Part shown: positions 50,010-62,160 of the stretch, one piece after another
Numbering within the stretch: the first letter of the stretch is position 1
Layout of the letters: the number at the start of each line of letters is the position of its first letter
NCBI GenBank assembly: GCA_031414955.1
Contig: JANOQV010000164.1
Span: forward strand, 1 to 64,000
DNA from: Pedosphaera sp.
Lineage (GTDB): Bacteria > Verrucomicrobiota > Verrucomicrobiia > Limisphaerales > SIBH01
Length of the DNA: 64,000 nucleotides
Reading direction: 5' to 3'
Position numbers and translations under genes: made by a program
The notes under the pieces: generated by a model
The model's input: the letters and a program-made list of their open reading frames with translations, nothing else
Told to the model about the DNA's origin: nothing
Database searches by the model: none

Positions 50010-51404
50010 TCAGATTTCAAACCAGGCCGGGTCGAACTTCACCACGCCCTTCTTGGTGATGGCTTCGTTGGCCTTGATGGTAACGACGGCGGCCTCGAAG
50101 GCGTCCTTGTAAGTCGCCGCCGGCTTCTTGCTCTTTTGCAGGCCGTTCAGGTAATCCCGGAGCGCCTTGGTGTCTTTGGCATCGAAGGTGGCCACGAAGT
50201 CCTCGATGCCGGTGGCGATCAGCTCCGTATTTTCGATGAAGGACTCCATGGCGAAGTAAAGCGGCGGATCGGCGTAGGCGGCTTCGTTCTGGCCCTTGCC
50301 CTGATCGGTCTGGGTGCTCTTGCTGGCGTTGGCCGCGAGGGAAATGCCGGTCTCGTTGAAGAACTGTTCCTTGCGCGCGTACACTTCCCAGCCCAGCAAC
50401 GGCGAGTCCGCCTCCTTGAACAGCCAGGCCTTGTTGCCGCGCAACATGATGGTCGCATCACTGCCATAAAGCACCTCCAGCTCTGAATCGAACGAACTCG
50501 CGAGACTGGCCTCGTAATTGAAGCTGGTCCCGTCCTCGTACTGAAACACCGCCTGCACGGTGTCCTCGACCTCGCGGCCATCCTGCCAGAAGAGAATGCC
50601 GCCGAAGCCGGTCACCGACACGGGGCGCTTGGCCAGGAACCAGTGCATCACGTCGATCTGCTGCGAGCCGACCTCGCCGACCAGGCCGGTCGAAGTGTCC
50701 TTGCGCAAGCGCCAGTTGAGCGCGTCGGCGCGTTCCTGGTTGGGCGCGGCGCGGCGCCAGCTCGTCTTCTTGTGCCACTGGGCGCGGGTCTTGATGTTCT
50801 GGCCGGTGGCGCCACTGCGCACGAACGGCACGATGAATCGGCGTTGCGGATCAGAGCGCAGGAGCAGTCCGGGCTGAAAATAAGACCTGGTGGCATCGCG
50901 CGCGGCCCGGGCAATTTCACGCGCGTCCTCGATGGTGTTCGCGATGGGCGCTTCGCAATAGACGTGTTTCCCGGCGGCCAGCGCGGCCAGCGCAATCTCC
51001 TTGTGCAGATGCGTGGGCGTGGCGATGAGCACCGCCTGCACGGCCGGGTTCTTCAACACTTCCTTGTAATCGGTGAAGCCCTCGGCCTTGGGCGCGGCTT
51101 CCTTGGCCCGGGTCAGGAATGGCGCGTAGCTGTCGCAGACGGCGATGACCTGCGCCTTGGGGAACCGCGCCAGCGTGTTCAGGATTTCGCGGCCCCAGAT
51201 GCCCGCGCCGATGAGCGCGCACTTGACCGTCGGACCGTCGTAGGCCGCAGGGGCGGCAGCGGCCGGCTTCGCCTCCTGGGCGAAGAGCGGCACCCCGCCG
51301 AGCATGCTCATGGCGGCGGCGAAGGAGGAGGTCTTGACGAAATCGCGCCGACTCACGTCGAGCGCGTTATTCGTGTCGTTCTGGGGCAGCGGCAAATTAT
51401 TCAT
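50010..51404 (-). CDS. Tat-exported Gfo/Idh/MocA oxidoreductase
   Basis: SRRDFVK; IGAGIWG, IATPTHLH, GKHVYCEAP; ATG at 51404. Confidence 0.88.
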   Translation of the reverse strand: MNNLPLPQNDTNNALDVSRRDFVKTSSFAAAMSMLGGVPLFAQEAKPAAAAPAAYDGPTVKCALIGAGIWGREILNTLARFPKAQVIAVCDSYAPFLTRAKEAAPKAEGFTDYKEVLKNPAVQAVLIATPTHLHKEIALAALAAGKHVYCEAPIANTIEDAREIARAARDATRSYFQPGLLLRSDPQRRFIVPFVRSGATGQNIKTRAQWHKKTSWRRAAPNQERADALNWRLRKDTSTGLVGEVGSQQIDVMHWFLAKRPVSVTGFGGILFWQDGREVEDTVQAVFQYEDGTSFNYEASLASSFDSELEVLYGSDATIMLRGNKAWLFKEADSPLLGWEVYARKEQFFNETGISLAANASKSTQTDQGKGQNEAAYADPPLYFAMESFIENTELIATGIEDFVATFDAKDTKALRDYLNGLQKSKKPAATYKDAFEAAVVTIKANEAITKKGVVKFDPAWFEI

Positions 51405-51486
51405 GACGATGGGCGGGAGGATTTGACGTTCGTGGAGTGAAGTCAAGGCAGGGTGCGCGGAGGAGTGGGATTGAAAGTGGCAGGCC

Positions 51487-51597
51487 CGGAGTGCGCCCGT
51501 CCTCGGGCGCAGCAAGGTGGAGCGTGGCGGGGTGCTGGGGATTTCCCCAAGGCATCGTGCGCGCGGACATGGCTGCGCCTGGGACGGGCGCGATCCG
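51487..51597. repeat. REPIN-like palindrome (GGAG-headed arms)
   Basis: CGGAGTGCGCCCGTCCTCGGGCGCAGC ... GCTGCGCCTGGGACGGGCGCGATCCG. Confidence 0.8.
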
Positions 51598-51731
51598 TCC
51601 GCTCCCCGTCTGGCCGCCCACTTCCTATCCCACTCAGCGCGGAGCGCCAGCCATGTCTGTAAGGGCCAAGACAACCGTGACAGTCAGGTCTTCATTCACG
51701 GCCCCGCCGGGCCCCGTGAGCAGAGACGGCC

Positions 51732-52970
51732 TCACGTCTTCTTTCGAAGATCCAGGCAGACCAGCTTGTTCTTGGTGCGCAGGTAGAACAGCCCATCGGC
51801 CAGCGCCGGATAAGCCCGCACTCCGAACGATGAAACCTGAGCCCGCGCCGTTTCCTTATACTCCTGCGGCGAAAGTTTTCCGCGCACCAGCATTCCGGTG
51901 TAGGTGAGAACGAACAATTCGTCGCCGGCGCGCAGCACGGTGGCCTCCTTGTAGTCCGGTCGCGACCACTTGAGTTCGCCCTTCTCCAAATCGAGGCAAC
52001 GCAACTCGACGCCAGCTTCCCACTGGCCGTGGACGCCGTAAAGATGACGCTCGTACAGGATCGACGTGGCGTATTGCGTGGCCAGGTCGGATGACTTCCA
52101 AACCACTTCCTTTTTTTCATCCTTCACCCGCAGCAAGTGGCCGCCCACGTTGTAGGCACCGGAGGCAAACACGAGATCGTCCAACACCACCGGCGAAGCG
52201 GCGAGCAGATGGTCCTTGTGCCGCGCGTCGAGGGGATGACTGAAAAACTCCCGGCCTGTCGCCGGGTCCAGTGCGACCAGGCTGCCCCGGCTCAGGGTGA
52301 AAACATGGCGCCGACCACCGATGGTCGCCGCGATGGGCGAGGCGCAACCAGCCTTGTGCTTCGTACTCTTCCACAACACTTCGCCGTTCTCCTTGTTGAA
52401 GGCCACGATGCCCGCGTCGTTGGTGTTGCCGATGTTGAGAATCAGGGCGTTGCCTTCCAGCAAAGGTGAACAAGCCACGCCGTGCCATCGCGGTGTGACG
52501 TTGAAGTCCTTCTTCGCCGAGACGTGCCAGATTTTCGCGCCGGTCTTCGCGTCGAGGCAGTGCAACTCGCCTTCCGCACCGTAAGTGTAAAGGCGGCCCG
52601 CCAGCAGCGTGGGCGTGGAGCGCGGGCCGTTGTCGGCGCGGATGCCGTCCTTGAATTTCGTCGGGTAGGAAAACTTCCAGAGCGGCTGGCCGCTCAACCA
52701 GTCGAGGCACTGGACCACTTCTTCGTCGGCACGACGCTGGAACAGAATCACTTTGCCTTCCGCGACGATGGGTCCGCTGAAGCCTTCTCCAGCGTCCACC
52801 TGCCAGAGCGTGCGCGGCCCTTCCTTGGGCCAGTCTGCTGCGAGTTCAGTGCCGTGATAGACCGCGTCGCGCGTCGCACCAAGAAACTGCGGCCAGGGAT
52901 TCTTTTGCGCGTGGCTGATAGGTGCGAAAATCAGGGTGAGTCCCACAGAAACGTAAAAGCGAAGGTGCAT
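51732..52970 (-). CDS. secreted PQQ-like/BamB-type beta-propeller protein
   Basis: signal peptide; WPQFLG, GPRSTP, LHCLDAKTGAKIW, AYPALADG. Confidence 0.85.
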   Translation of the reverse strand: MHLRFYVSVGLTLIFAPISHAQKNPWPQFLGATRDAVYHGTELAADWPKEGPRTLWQVDAGEGFSGPIVAEGKVILFQRRADEEVVQCLDWLSGQPLWKFSYPTKFKDGIRADNGPRSTPTLLAGRLYTYGAEGELHCLDAKTGAKIWHVSAKKDFNVTPRWHGVACSPLLEGNALILNIGNTNDAGIVAFNKENGEVLWKSTKHKAGCASPIAATIGGRRHVFTLSRGSLVALDPATGREFFSHPLDARHKDHLLAASPVVLDDLVFASGAYNVGGHLLRVKDEKKEVVWKSSDLATQYATSILYERHLYGVHGQWEAGVELRCLDLEKGELKWSRPDYKEATVLRAGDELFVLTYTGMLVRGKLSPQEYKETARAQVSSFGVRAYPALADGLFYLRTKNKLVCLDLRKKT

Positions 52971-53121
52971 GGCGTTAGGAGCAGATTAGCCAGGAAACGC
53001 CTCGCGTCGAGAACACAGGCGCAGCCACGGCCTCTTTTTACAAATCGTTGAGAGGAGCGCGACGGCCTTCACGAAAATTCCGTCCTGAAACCTGCTTGAG
53101 CCTCCGCCCGCCCTCGGTATC

Positions 53122-53988
53122 ATGCGCCTCATGCCGAAGAAACTGGCTTGCCTGCCGCGAGCGCTTTGGTTCCCGCCCCGATCCCCTTGTGGTTTGGGCG
53201 CGCGCCGCGCTTTCACTCTGATCGAGCTGCTGGTGGTCATCGCCATCATCGCCATTCTCGCCGCGCTGCTCCTGCCCGCGCTGGCCAAGGCCAAGGGTCG
53301 GGCCAAGACCATCCAGTGCATAAGCAACTTCCGGCAGTGGGGCATCGGCCTCACGTTGTACTACGACGACAATGAGGATTTGCTCCCGCGCGAAGGCTTT
53401 GGGGCCGGTGGATCCTTCATCAACACTTGGACCCAGGTCTCGGCCGCACCCAGCTTCGATGTCTGGTACAACGCCATCCCTCCGATGCTGAGCCACCAAC
53501 CCGCTTCCTACTACGCCCCTGTCGCGCTCAAGCCGGACTTCTATCTGCCCTCGAGTTTCTTCCATTGTCCGGCGACGAAATTCCCGGCCAACGCCGGCAC
53601 CTCGACGAACGCCTTCTTTTCCATGGCCATGAATTCGCGGCTGATCAACGCCGGGTCCACCACCATTCGGCTGGGCACCCTGCAACGCCCCTCCGACACG
53701 GTCATCTTCCTGGAGAACCGTCTTCCTTCCGAAACGTCCGTGGCGTTCTTCACCGGCCAGGCCAACGACGGTGATCTGGGACAGCCCAGCAGCTATGCCC
53801 CGCGCTTCGTGCCACGGCATGATCGGCGCGGCAATCTCGTCTTCGCCGATGGCCACGCGGAGACGTTTGCGGGGAAGGACGTGATTGAAACGCGCACCGG
53901 GGCCGGACTCACCCGGGGCGGAGCCATCATGCCCCAAACCAAAGTAGTCTGGACGGCGGATCCGCTGGTGAATCCAAACAACCTCTGA
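53122..53988 (+). CDS. prepilin-type N-terminal cleavage/methylation protein with H-X9-DG motif (DUF1559-like)
   Basis: [39 protein letters not shown]. Confidence 0.92.
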   Translation: MRLMPKKLACLPRALWFPPRSPCGLGARRAFTLIELLVVIAIIAILAALLLPALAKAKGRAKTIQCISNFRQWGIGLTLYYDDNEDLLPREGFGAGGSFINTWTQVSAAPSFDVWYNAIPPMLSHQPASYYAPVALKPDFYLPSSFFHCPATKFPANAGTSTNAFFSMAMNSRLINAGSTTIRLGTLQRPSDTVIFLENRLPSETSVAFFTGQANDGDLGQPSSYAPRFVPRHDRRGNLVFADGHAETFAGKDVIETRTGAGLTRGGAIMPQTKVVWTADPLVNPNNL

Positions 53989-54028
53989 TGCCGCTTGAGC
54001 GGTGCGGGCTTCTCCCTATCATCCGCCC

Positions 54029-54718
54029 ATGATGCGATTCCCACTTCACCTGCTGCTCGTGCTGCTCACGGCGGCCAGCCTCTGCGCGCAGCAGAAGACC
54101 AACGCCTTCGAGAAGGAAATCCTCGCCTTCGAGGCCAGCGACAAAACCAATCCGCCACCCAAACACGCGGCGCTCTTCATCGGCAGTTCCAGCATCCGGC
54201 TCTGGAAAACGCTGGCGCAGGACTTGCCCGAGTATCGCGTCATCAACCGCGGCTTCGGCGGCTCGCAAGTTGCCGACTCCATCCACTTCGCCGAACGCAT
54301 CGTGCTCCCCTACGAGCCGGAGGTGATTGTCCTCTACGCGGGCGGCAACGACATCAATGCCAAGAAGTCCCCGGAGAAAGTGTTCAGTGACTTCAAGACC
54401 TTCGTGGACCAGGTCCGGGTCAAACTGCCCGCCACGAAAATCGCCTATATCGCCATCGCCGGGAATCCCGCGCGCTGGGCGCAGGTGGACAAAGTGCGCG
54501 AGGCCAACCGCCTGATTCGCGAATACACCGCCACCCAGCCCGGCCTCAGCTTCATCGACGTATTCCCGCACATGATGGGTGCCGATGGCACGCCCCAGCC
54601 GGACATCTTCGTGGCCGACAAGCTGCACATGAACGAAAAGGGTTACGCCATCTGGAAGCGCGTCGTGGGCGAGCATCTGAAGAAGATTGTGCCTGGCAGT
54701 TCACCGGCGCGGCGCTGA
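54029..54718 (+). CDS. secreted SGNH/GDSL hydrolase
   Basis: FIGSSSI, NRGFGGS, YAGGND, DKLHMN. Confidence 0.9.
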   Translation: MMRFPLHLLLVLLTAASLCAQQKTNAFEKEILAFEASDKTNPPPKHAALFIGSSSIRLWKTLAQDLPEYRVINRGFGGSQVADSIHFAERIVLPYEPEVIVLYAGGNDINAKKSPEKVFSDFKTFVDQVRVKLPATKIAYIAIAGNPARWAQVDKVREANRLIREYTATQPGLSFIDVFPHMMGADGTPQPDIFVADKLHMNEKGYAIWKRVVGEHLKKIVPGSSPARR

Positions 54719-54723
54719 TTTTT

Positions 54724-54788
54724 AGCCCCGGATGAAACACGGTTCGGAAATCCGCCGACCGTGTTTCATCCATGTCCAATCCGTGGCT
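54724..54788. repeat. short intergenic inverted repeat (CACGGAT/ATCCGTG-type units)
   Basis: GGATGAAACACGG / CCGTGTTTCATCC perfect 13-bp IR followed by ATCCGTGGCT. Confidence 0.65.
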
Positions 54789-54797
54789 TCATTCCCA

Positions 54798-55073
54798 ATG
54801 AAAGATCTGACCGACCCGCGCTGGATCAAGTTCAAGGGCATCCTCTTCCTCGTTGTTGGACTGCTCGCAGCGGCGTTACTTTTCCTGGAAGCGCCGACGC
54901 TCAAGGTGGCGGTGCTGCTGTCCATCGCGATCTGGTGCTTCTGTCGCGCCTACTATTTCGCCTTCTACGTCATCGGGAAATATGTGGACCCGACCTTCCG
55001 GTTCTCGGGGTTGTGGTCGGCCGTGCGGCATCTTGGCGGCCGGCCTCGTGGTTCCAAGAGCAGCCCGCACTGA
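54798..55073 (+). CDS. small hypothetical membrane protein
   Basis: two hydrophobic segments; CRAYYFAFYVI.KYVDP.FRFSGL; ATG at 54798. Confidence 0.75.
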   Translation: MKDLTDPRWIKFKGILFLVVGLLAAALLFLEAPTLKVAVLLSIAIWCFCRAYYFAFYVIGKYVDPTFRFSGLWSAVRHLGGRPRGSKSSPH

Positions 55074-55181
55074 GCGGCCGCCAGTCCACCTTTCGTCCCG
55101 TGCTCCCGGGGCAGGCGACTCAGCAATTCCCTCACCGGCGGGCGGCGACAGCCCTGTCGCGAGGGGAAAAGAAAGGGAACT

Positions 55182-56042
55182 TCAACTCCACTTCTGACCG
55201 CGATCCTCGGGCACGATCCGGCGCAGGCAGTAAATGTCGGACTTGGCCAGTTCTTCGCGGCGCGTGTGCAAGTCGCGCCACGGATCCCATTGCGCGCTGA
55301 TGAGCCGGCCGGTGATGCCCTCGCTCTCCGCGCTGGCCAGATAAACGGCGAGAGCTGCGCCGAGGTCGGGCGAAACGGCGCCCTTTTCCTTCCACTGTTT
55401 GTTCTTCTCGAAGAAGGCCGCGCCCACCTTGTCCGGCCCGGCGGCGAGCACTTCATCGACGAGCCGGGTGGCGAGCGCACCGGGGGCGATGGCGTTCACA
55501 TCCACATGGTGCGGCTTCAATTCCTCGGCCAGCGTTTCCATGAGCCGCACCACGGCGGCCTTGCTCGCGGCGTAGGAACTGATATTCGGAAGCGGATTGG
55601 TCGCACCGCCGCCCGAGATGACCACGATCTTGCCCGCGCCGGCCTGCTTGAAATGCGGGATGAGCGCACGGCAAGGCAGGAGCACGCCGAAGAGATTGAT
55701 GTCGAGCGCGCGCCGCCACTCGTCGAGATCCACGCTCTCGGTCGGCCCCATCGGGCCATAGATGCCGGCGTTGGCCACCAGCACCTCGACCGAGCCGAAC
55801 TCGCCCAAAGCAAAATCAACCATGTCGTTCACCTGCGCCTCATTTGAGACGTCGCAAGTGCGGGCCAGGACTTTCCGTTCCGGGGCGAGGCGAGCCAGTT
55901 CGTCGCGCGTCTGGTTCAAGTCCGCCTCGCTCCGCGCGCAGAGCACGACGTTCGCGCCTTCGCGCAGGAAATGTTGGGCGATGGCCTTGCCCAGCCCTTG
56001 GCTGGCTCCGGTGATGATGGCGTTGCGTCCTGCTAATTTCAT
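55182..56042 (-). CDS. SDR family oxidoreductase
   Basis: TGASQGLG, ANAG, YAASK, NAIAPG. Confidence 0.92.
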   Translation of the reverse strand: MKLAGRNAIITGASQGLGKAIAQHFLREGANVVLCARSEADLNQTRDELARLAPERKVLARTCDVSNEAQVNDMVDFALGEFGSVEVLVANAGIYGPMGPTESVDLDEWRRALDINLFGVLLPCRALIPHFKQAGAGKIVVISGGGATNPLPNISSYAASKAAVVRLMETLAEELKPHHVDVNAIAPGALATRLVDEVLAAGPDKVGAAFFEKNKQWKEKGAVSPDLGAALAVYLASAESEGITGRLISAQWDPWRDLHTRREELAKSDIYCLRRIVPEDRGQKWS

Positions 56043-56186
56043 GAACGGGCGGGATTCAGACAGGAATCGCAGCCGGAATCACGCAATGATTTAGCGCGAG
56101 GGGAATCCGACGCCAGGCAGCGTCGGCCAGCCCGGCGGAGGAATCATCACCAGGGCGGCGAGCCGAATTCGTCGCGGAGTCTCGAC

Positions 56187-56348
56187 GGGTGCATCTTGAC
56201 ACTGTTGTTGATTGCCCACAGGAGCGGGGCGCGGCGTTTATGCCGCTTCATGGTCCGCAAGCCCGCAGGTCAATCGATCCGCCCCAATCCGCTCGGACGG
56301 TGAAGCGGCCTGAAGGCCGCGCTCCTATAACAGTGTCAAGATGCACCC
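56187..56348. mobile_element. 162-bp MITE with perfect 20-bp TIRs and 9-bp target-site duplication
   Basis: GGGTGCATCTTGACACTGTT (56187-56206) / AACAGTGTCAAGATGCACCC (56329-56348); AGTCTCGAC at 56178-56186 and 56349-56357. Confidence 0.9.
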
Positions 56349-57604
56349 AGTCTCGACCGGCGGAAGACGCTGATCGTGGCCTTCAGCGAGATGGTGTAGA
56401 TCATCAGGCCGAACGCCCAGATGCCGGCCATCATTTTCCACTCGAACAGATTGGGCAGATATTCCACGACTTCGTGCAGGGTGGAGGGAACGAAGCCGGG
56501 GATGATCAGGCCCATGCCTTTCTCAATCCAGATGCCGATGAACGCGAGCACGCAGGCCGTGATCAACATCCAGCGCCGCTCCATGACCTGGGGGCGCAAC
56601 ATGAGGAAGGCGGCCACGATGGTCATGCCCACGGAGGACCAGATCCACGGCACCAGCGCGTTTTTTCCGTGCAGGCCGAAGTAGAGATAACGCGCCGCGC
56701 CGGTGTGGCTGCCGCCGGTGTAGAATTCGACGAACACTTCCGAGCCAACCATGAGCAGGTTGATGAGGATGGTCACGCGCATGATGTTCAGCAGCGTCTT
56801 GATCGGGCCGTCGCCGAATTGAATCCCGCTCATGCGCCGGATGAGTTGCAGCGCGACGATGATGAAGGCCGGCCCGCTGACGAACGCGCTGGCCAGGAAA
56901 CGCGGCGCAAGTAGCGCGGTGTTCCAGAACGGTCGCCCGCCCAAGCCGCAGTAGAGGAACGCGGTCACGGTGTGAATCGAGACGGCCCACAGGATGGAGA
57001 GAAACACGAGCGGCACGTAGAGCTTCGGGTTCGGCTTGCGCCCGAGGAACCGCATGTAGAGCAGATAGCCGCAGATGTGCAGGTTGATGAGCAGGTAGCC
57101 GTTCAACACGATCACGTCCCAAGTCAGCATCGAGAGCGGGAAGTTGAACCGCCCGAGACCCGGCAGCAGATGCCAGAATCGATCCGGCCGTCCGAGATCC
57201 ACGACCACGAAGAACAGCGCCATGACGAGCGCCGCGATGGCGAGCAGTTCGCCGATGATGACGATGTCGTGCATCTCCTCGTCGTGATAGAGGTAGGCGG
57301 GGATGACCATCATCACCCCGCCCGCCGCGAGGCCGACGAGGAAGGTGAAGTTTGCGATGTAGAGTCCCCACGAGACGTGATCGTTCAGGGCGGTGATGCC
57401 CATGCCGTCCCGCACTTGCACGGCCCAGGCATTGGCCCCGACGAGAAACACAGCGGTCAGGAAAATCATCCAGACGTAGAACCGCCAGTTGCCGTCGAAG
57501 GCTTCCCACAAGATGCGCGCAATGAAGCGCGGATAAGTTTGCGTGTGGCTGGAAAGCCCCGGCTGGTTTGGCGCGGCTGGTGCGGTTGAGACAGGGCTAT
57601 TCAT
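56336..57604 (-). CDS. NrfD/PsrC-family membrane subunit, DsrP-like
   Basis: VSWGLYIANFTFLVG, DLGRPDR, WAVSIHTVTAFL, RFLASAF, WIEKGMGLIIPGF; about 10 TM helices; ATG at 57604. Confidence 0.88.
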   Translation of the reverse strand: MNSPVSTAPAAPNQPGLSSHTQTYPRFIARILWEAFDGNWRFYVWMIFLTAVFLVGANAWAVQVRDGMGITALNDHVSWGLYIANFTFLVGLAAGGVMMVIPAYLYHDEEMHDIVIIGELLAIAALVMALFFVVVDLGRPDRFWHLLPGLGRFNFPLSMLTWDVIVLNGYLLINLHICGYLLYMRFLGRKPNPKLYVPLVFLSILWAVSIHTVTAFLYCGLGGRPFWNTALLAPRFLASAFVSGPAFIIVALQLIRRMSGIQFGDGPIKTLLNIMRVTILINLLMVGSEVFVEFYTGGSHTGAARYLYFGLHGKNALVPWIWSSVGMTIVAAFLMLRPQVMERRWMLITACVLAFIGIWIEKGMGLIIPGFVPSTLHEVVEYLPNLFEWKMMAGIWAFGLMIYTISLKATISVFRRSRLGAS

Positions 57605-58529
57605 CGAAGAAATAGAAGAACTGCGGTTTCGTCCCCAGCTCTTCCTTGAGCACGAAGACGCGTTTGTTTTCCAGCACCCAGCGAATTTCTGATTTCGGAT
57701 CGAGCAGATTGCCGAAGACACGCGCGCCCGTCGGGCAGGCTTCGAGGCACGCCGGCAGACGGCCCGCACGCGTGCGATGCAGGCAGAAGGTGCATTTTTC
57801 CATCACGCCCTGCGGACGGATGCGGTTGCTGAGGTAACTCTGATTCGGATTGATCTCGGCCGCCGGTATCTGCGGCTTGGTCCAGTTGAAGCGCCGCGCA
57901 TGATACGGGCACGCAGCTTCGCAATAGCGGCAGCCGATGCACCAGTTGTAATCGACCACGACGATGCCATCCGGCTCCTTCCACGTCGCCTCGACCGGGC
58001 AGACGCTGACGCACGGCGGGTTGTCGCACTGCTGGCATTGCACGGGCATGTAGAACTTGTCCGGCTGCGGCACCGGGTGGTTGTAGTGCGCGTTGCCCTT
58101 CTCCATGTCGAACGATCCCTTGGACATCTCCAGCACACGAATGTAACTCTGACTCGAAGGGCGGTCGTGGTTGTTCTCCTGATGACATGCCTCGGCGCAT
58201 TTGCGGCAGCCGATGCAGATGGAAAGGTTCAGCGCGTAACCGAACTTCACGCCGGGCTGCGGCTTCGGATCGGCAACCGTTACCGCTGCGCCGTAATTCT
58301 CTTTCGCGTCTTTCTCGATCCGGTGCAGGACGATGTTCAGGTCCACCGGCGACAGCTCCTTGTAATGCTTCTGGAGAAATTCATCGACCGACTCCGCCGG
58401 TTTCCATTCCGTGAGCGGGGCCAGCGCCTTTGCATAAGCGGCCAGGCCGAGCGTGGCGCCCAAACCTTTGAGCGCGTCGCGGCGGGTGAATCCGCTCTTC
58501 TGTTCCGTAGTGGTCATGGGTGTTTGCAT
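57597..58529 (-). CDS. Tat-exported 4Fe-4S ferredoxin subunit, NrfC/DsrO-like
   Basis: TRRDALK; CIGCRKCAEAC, CQQCDNPPCVSVCP, CIGCRYCEAACP, CTFC...CLEACP. Confidence 0.9.
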   Translation of the reverse strand: MQTPMTTTEQKSGFTRRDALKGLGATLGLAAYAKALAPLTEWKPAESVDEFLQKHYKELSPVDLNIVLHRIEKDAKENYGAAVTVADPKPQPGVKFGYALNLSICIGCRKCAEACHQENNHDRPSSQSYIRVLEMSKGSFDMEKGNAHYNHPVPQPDKFYMPVQCQQCDNPPCVSVCPVEATWKEPDGIVVVDYNWCIGCRYCEAACPYHARRFNWTKPQIPAAEINPNQSYLSNRIRPQGVMEKCTFCLHRTRAGRLPACLEACPTGARVFGNLLDPKSEIRWVLENKRVFVLKEELGTKPQFFYFFDE

Positions 58530-59191
58530 CAGTGAACTCCTTTCGCCTTGGGCGGAATGGCCAGGCGGTCGCGGGGCGGGAAAACGGGCCGGGCCTGCGG
58601 ATATTTTGGCGAGTGCGGGTCGTGGCAGTTCACGCAGTTGTTCCGGGTGCGCGGACCCTTGGTGAGATCCCAGTAACCGTTCATGCCGCCGTGCGATCCG
58701 CGCTCGTAATCGCGCATGGCCGTCCCGTGGCATTGCCCGCAGAGAGTCATCACGTTCGCGAACTCCACCGGCTTGCCGGTTGCGAGTTGGAGCGTGTCAT
58801 AGTTCCGTGCGTTGTGGCAGCTCAGGCAGGCCAGGTTGCCGTGCGCGAACTTCAGTCCCTGATGAAACTCATCCAGCTCGGCAGAACTGTGCGTCTCAAT
58901 GTTTGGCTTCGTCGTCGTGTGGCAGGTGGAGCAAGCCACCGTGGCCGGGGCGCCCTGATGATTCGTGCGACCCGTGGCCACCCGCGGCGCACCGCCCGCC
59001 GCGCGAATCTGAACGGGGAAAAGGGTGGGCGCATTGGTCTTTTCGATTCCGGCCGCGGGCATCACGGGCGACTGGGCGCGCGTGGCCGGCCACGCGGACC
59101 ACCCGAGTGCAGCCAGGGCCAGGGGAACGGCCCAAAATTGTTTCAATCGGCGCTTCACGTGTTTCGCATCGGTTTCACTTTGCTCCGGCAT
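58529..59191 (-). CDS. periplasmic tetraheme c-type cytochrome
   Basis: signal-like N-terminus; CSTCH, CLSCH, CGQCH, CVNCH; start uncertain. Confidence 0.85.
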   Translation of the reverse strand: MPEQSETDAKHVKRRLKQFWAVPLALAALGWSAWPATRAQSPVMPAAGIEKTNAPTLFPVQIRAAGGAPRVATGRTNHQGAPATVACSTCHTTTKPNIETHSSAELDEFHQGLKFAHGNLACLSCHNARNYDTLQLATGKPVEFANVMTLCGQCHGTAMRDYERGSHGGMNGYWDLTKGPRTRNNCVNCHDPHSPKYPQARPVFPPRDRLAIPPKAKGVH

Positions 59192-59359
59192 GTCTAAGGC
59201 AGGGGCACCGGGGATGGCTTCACTCCAGTTGGCCGAGACTGACCATTGGTTGCTGAACGTGAGCAACCGGTGGTGAGTTCTCGCCAATGCTGGTTTTGCC
59301 CTGGGAAGCGCTCTGGTGGAAATCTCCTTCGCAACGCCGCCGTCAGCGGCATGAACTTC

Positions 59360-59707
59360 ATGCAGATAAACGGATTACTTGTGACGCTATCGCCGGAGTC
59401 AGAACCGGAACGCGAAGCCATCGCGCGCCGGCTCGGCGAGCGGTGTGAACTCACCGTGGGTGAGCTCATCTGCCGCTGGCTACCGGTGGCCATGGAAGCC
59501 ACCGACGACGCGCACGCTCGCGAGATCCACGACTGGATCGGCGCGCTGCCCGGCGTCGCTTACGTGGACGTGACGTCCGTGAGCTTCGAGGAGCCAGATT
59601 TGATGCCCGCAAATTCAGAGCAGCAGCCGAACGCAAGTATCATCGGTGGTCTTCCTGCATCTGCGGGAAAACCTTCCACCCTTCCGGTCTCAGCCCTCAA
59701 CGATTGA
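59360..59707 (+). CDS. napD: NapD-like chaperone
   Basis: MQINGLLVTL...IGALPGVAYVDV ferredoxin-like fold pattern; immediately upstream of napA. Confidence 0.7.
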   Translation: MQINGLLVTLSPESEPEREAIARRLGERCELTVGELICRWLPVAMEATDDAHAREIHDWIGALPGVAYVDVTSVSFEEPDLMPANSEQQPNASIIGGLPASAGKPSTLPVSALND

Positions 59708-59712
59708 CGCCT

Positions 59713-62148
<2,436 letters not shown>

Positions 62149-62160
62149 AGACGAATACGG

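Noticed and set aside
56336..59191. Dissimilatory sulfur metabolism inferred from the DsrO/DsrP-like genes
   Set aside because: No dsrAB, dsrC or dsrMK in the window; the genomic context points to nitrate reduction.
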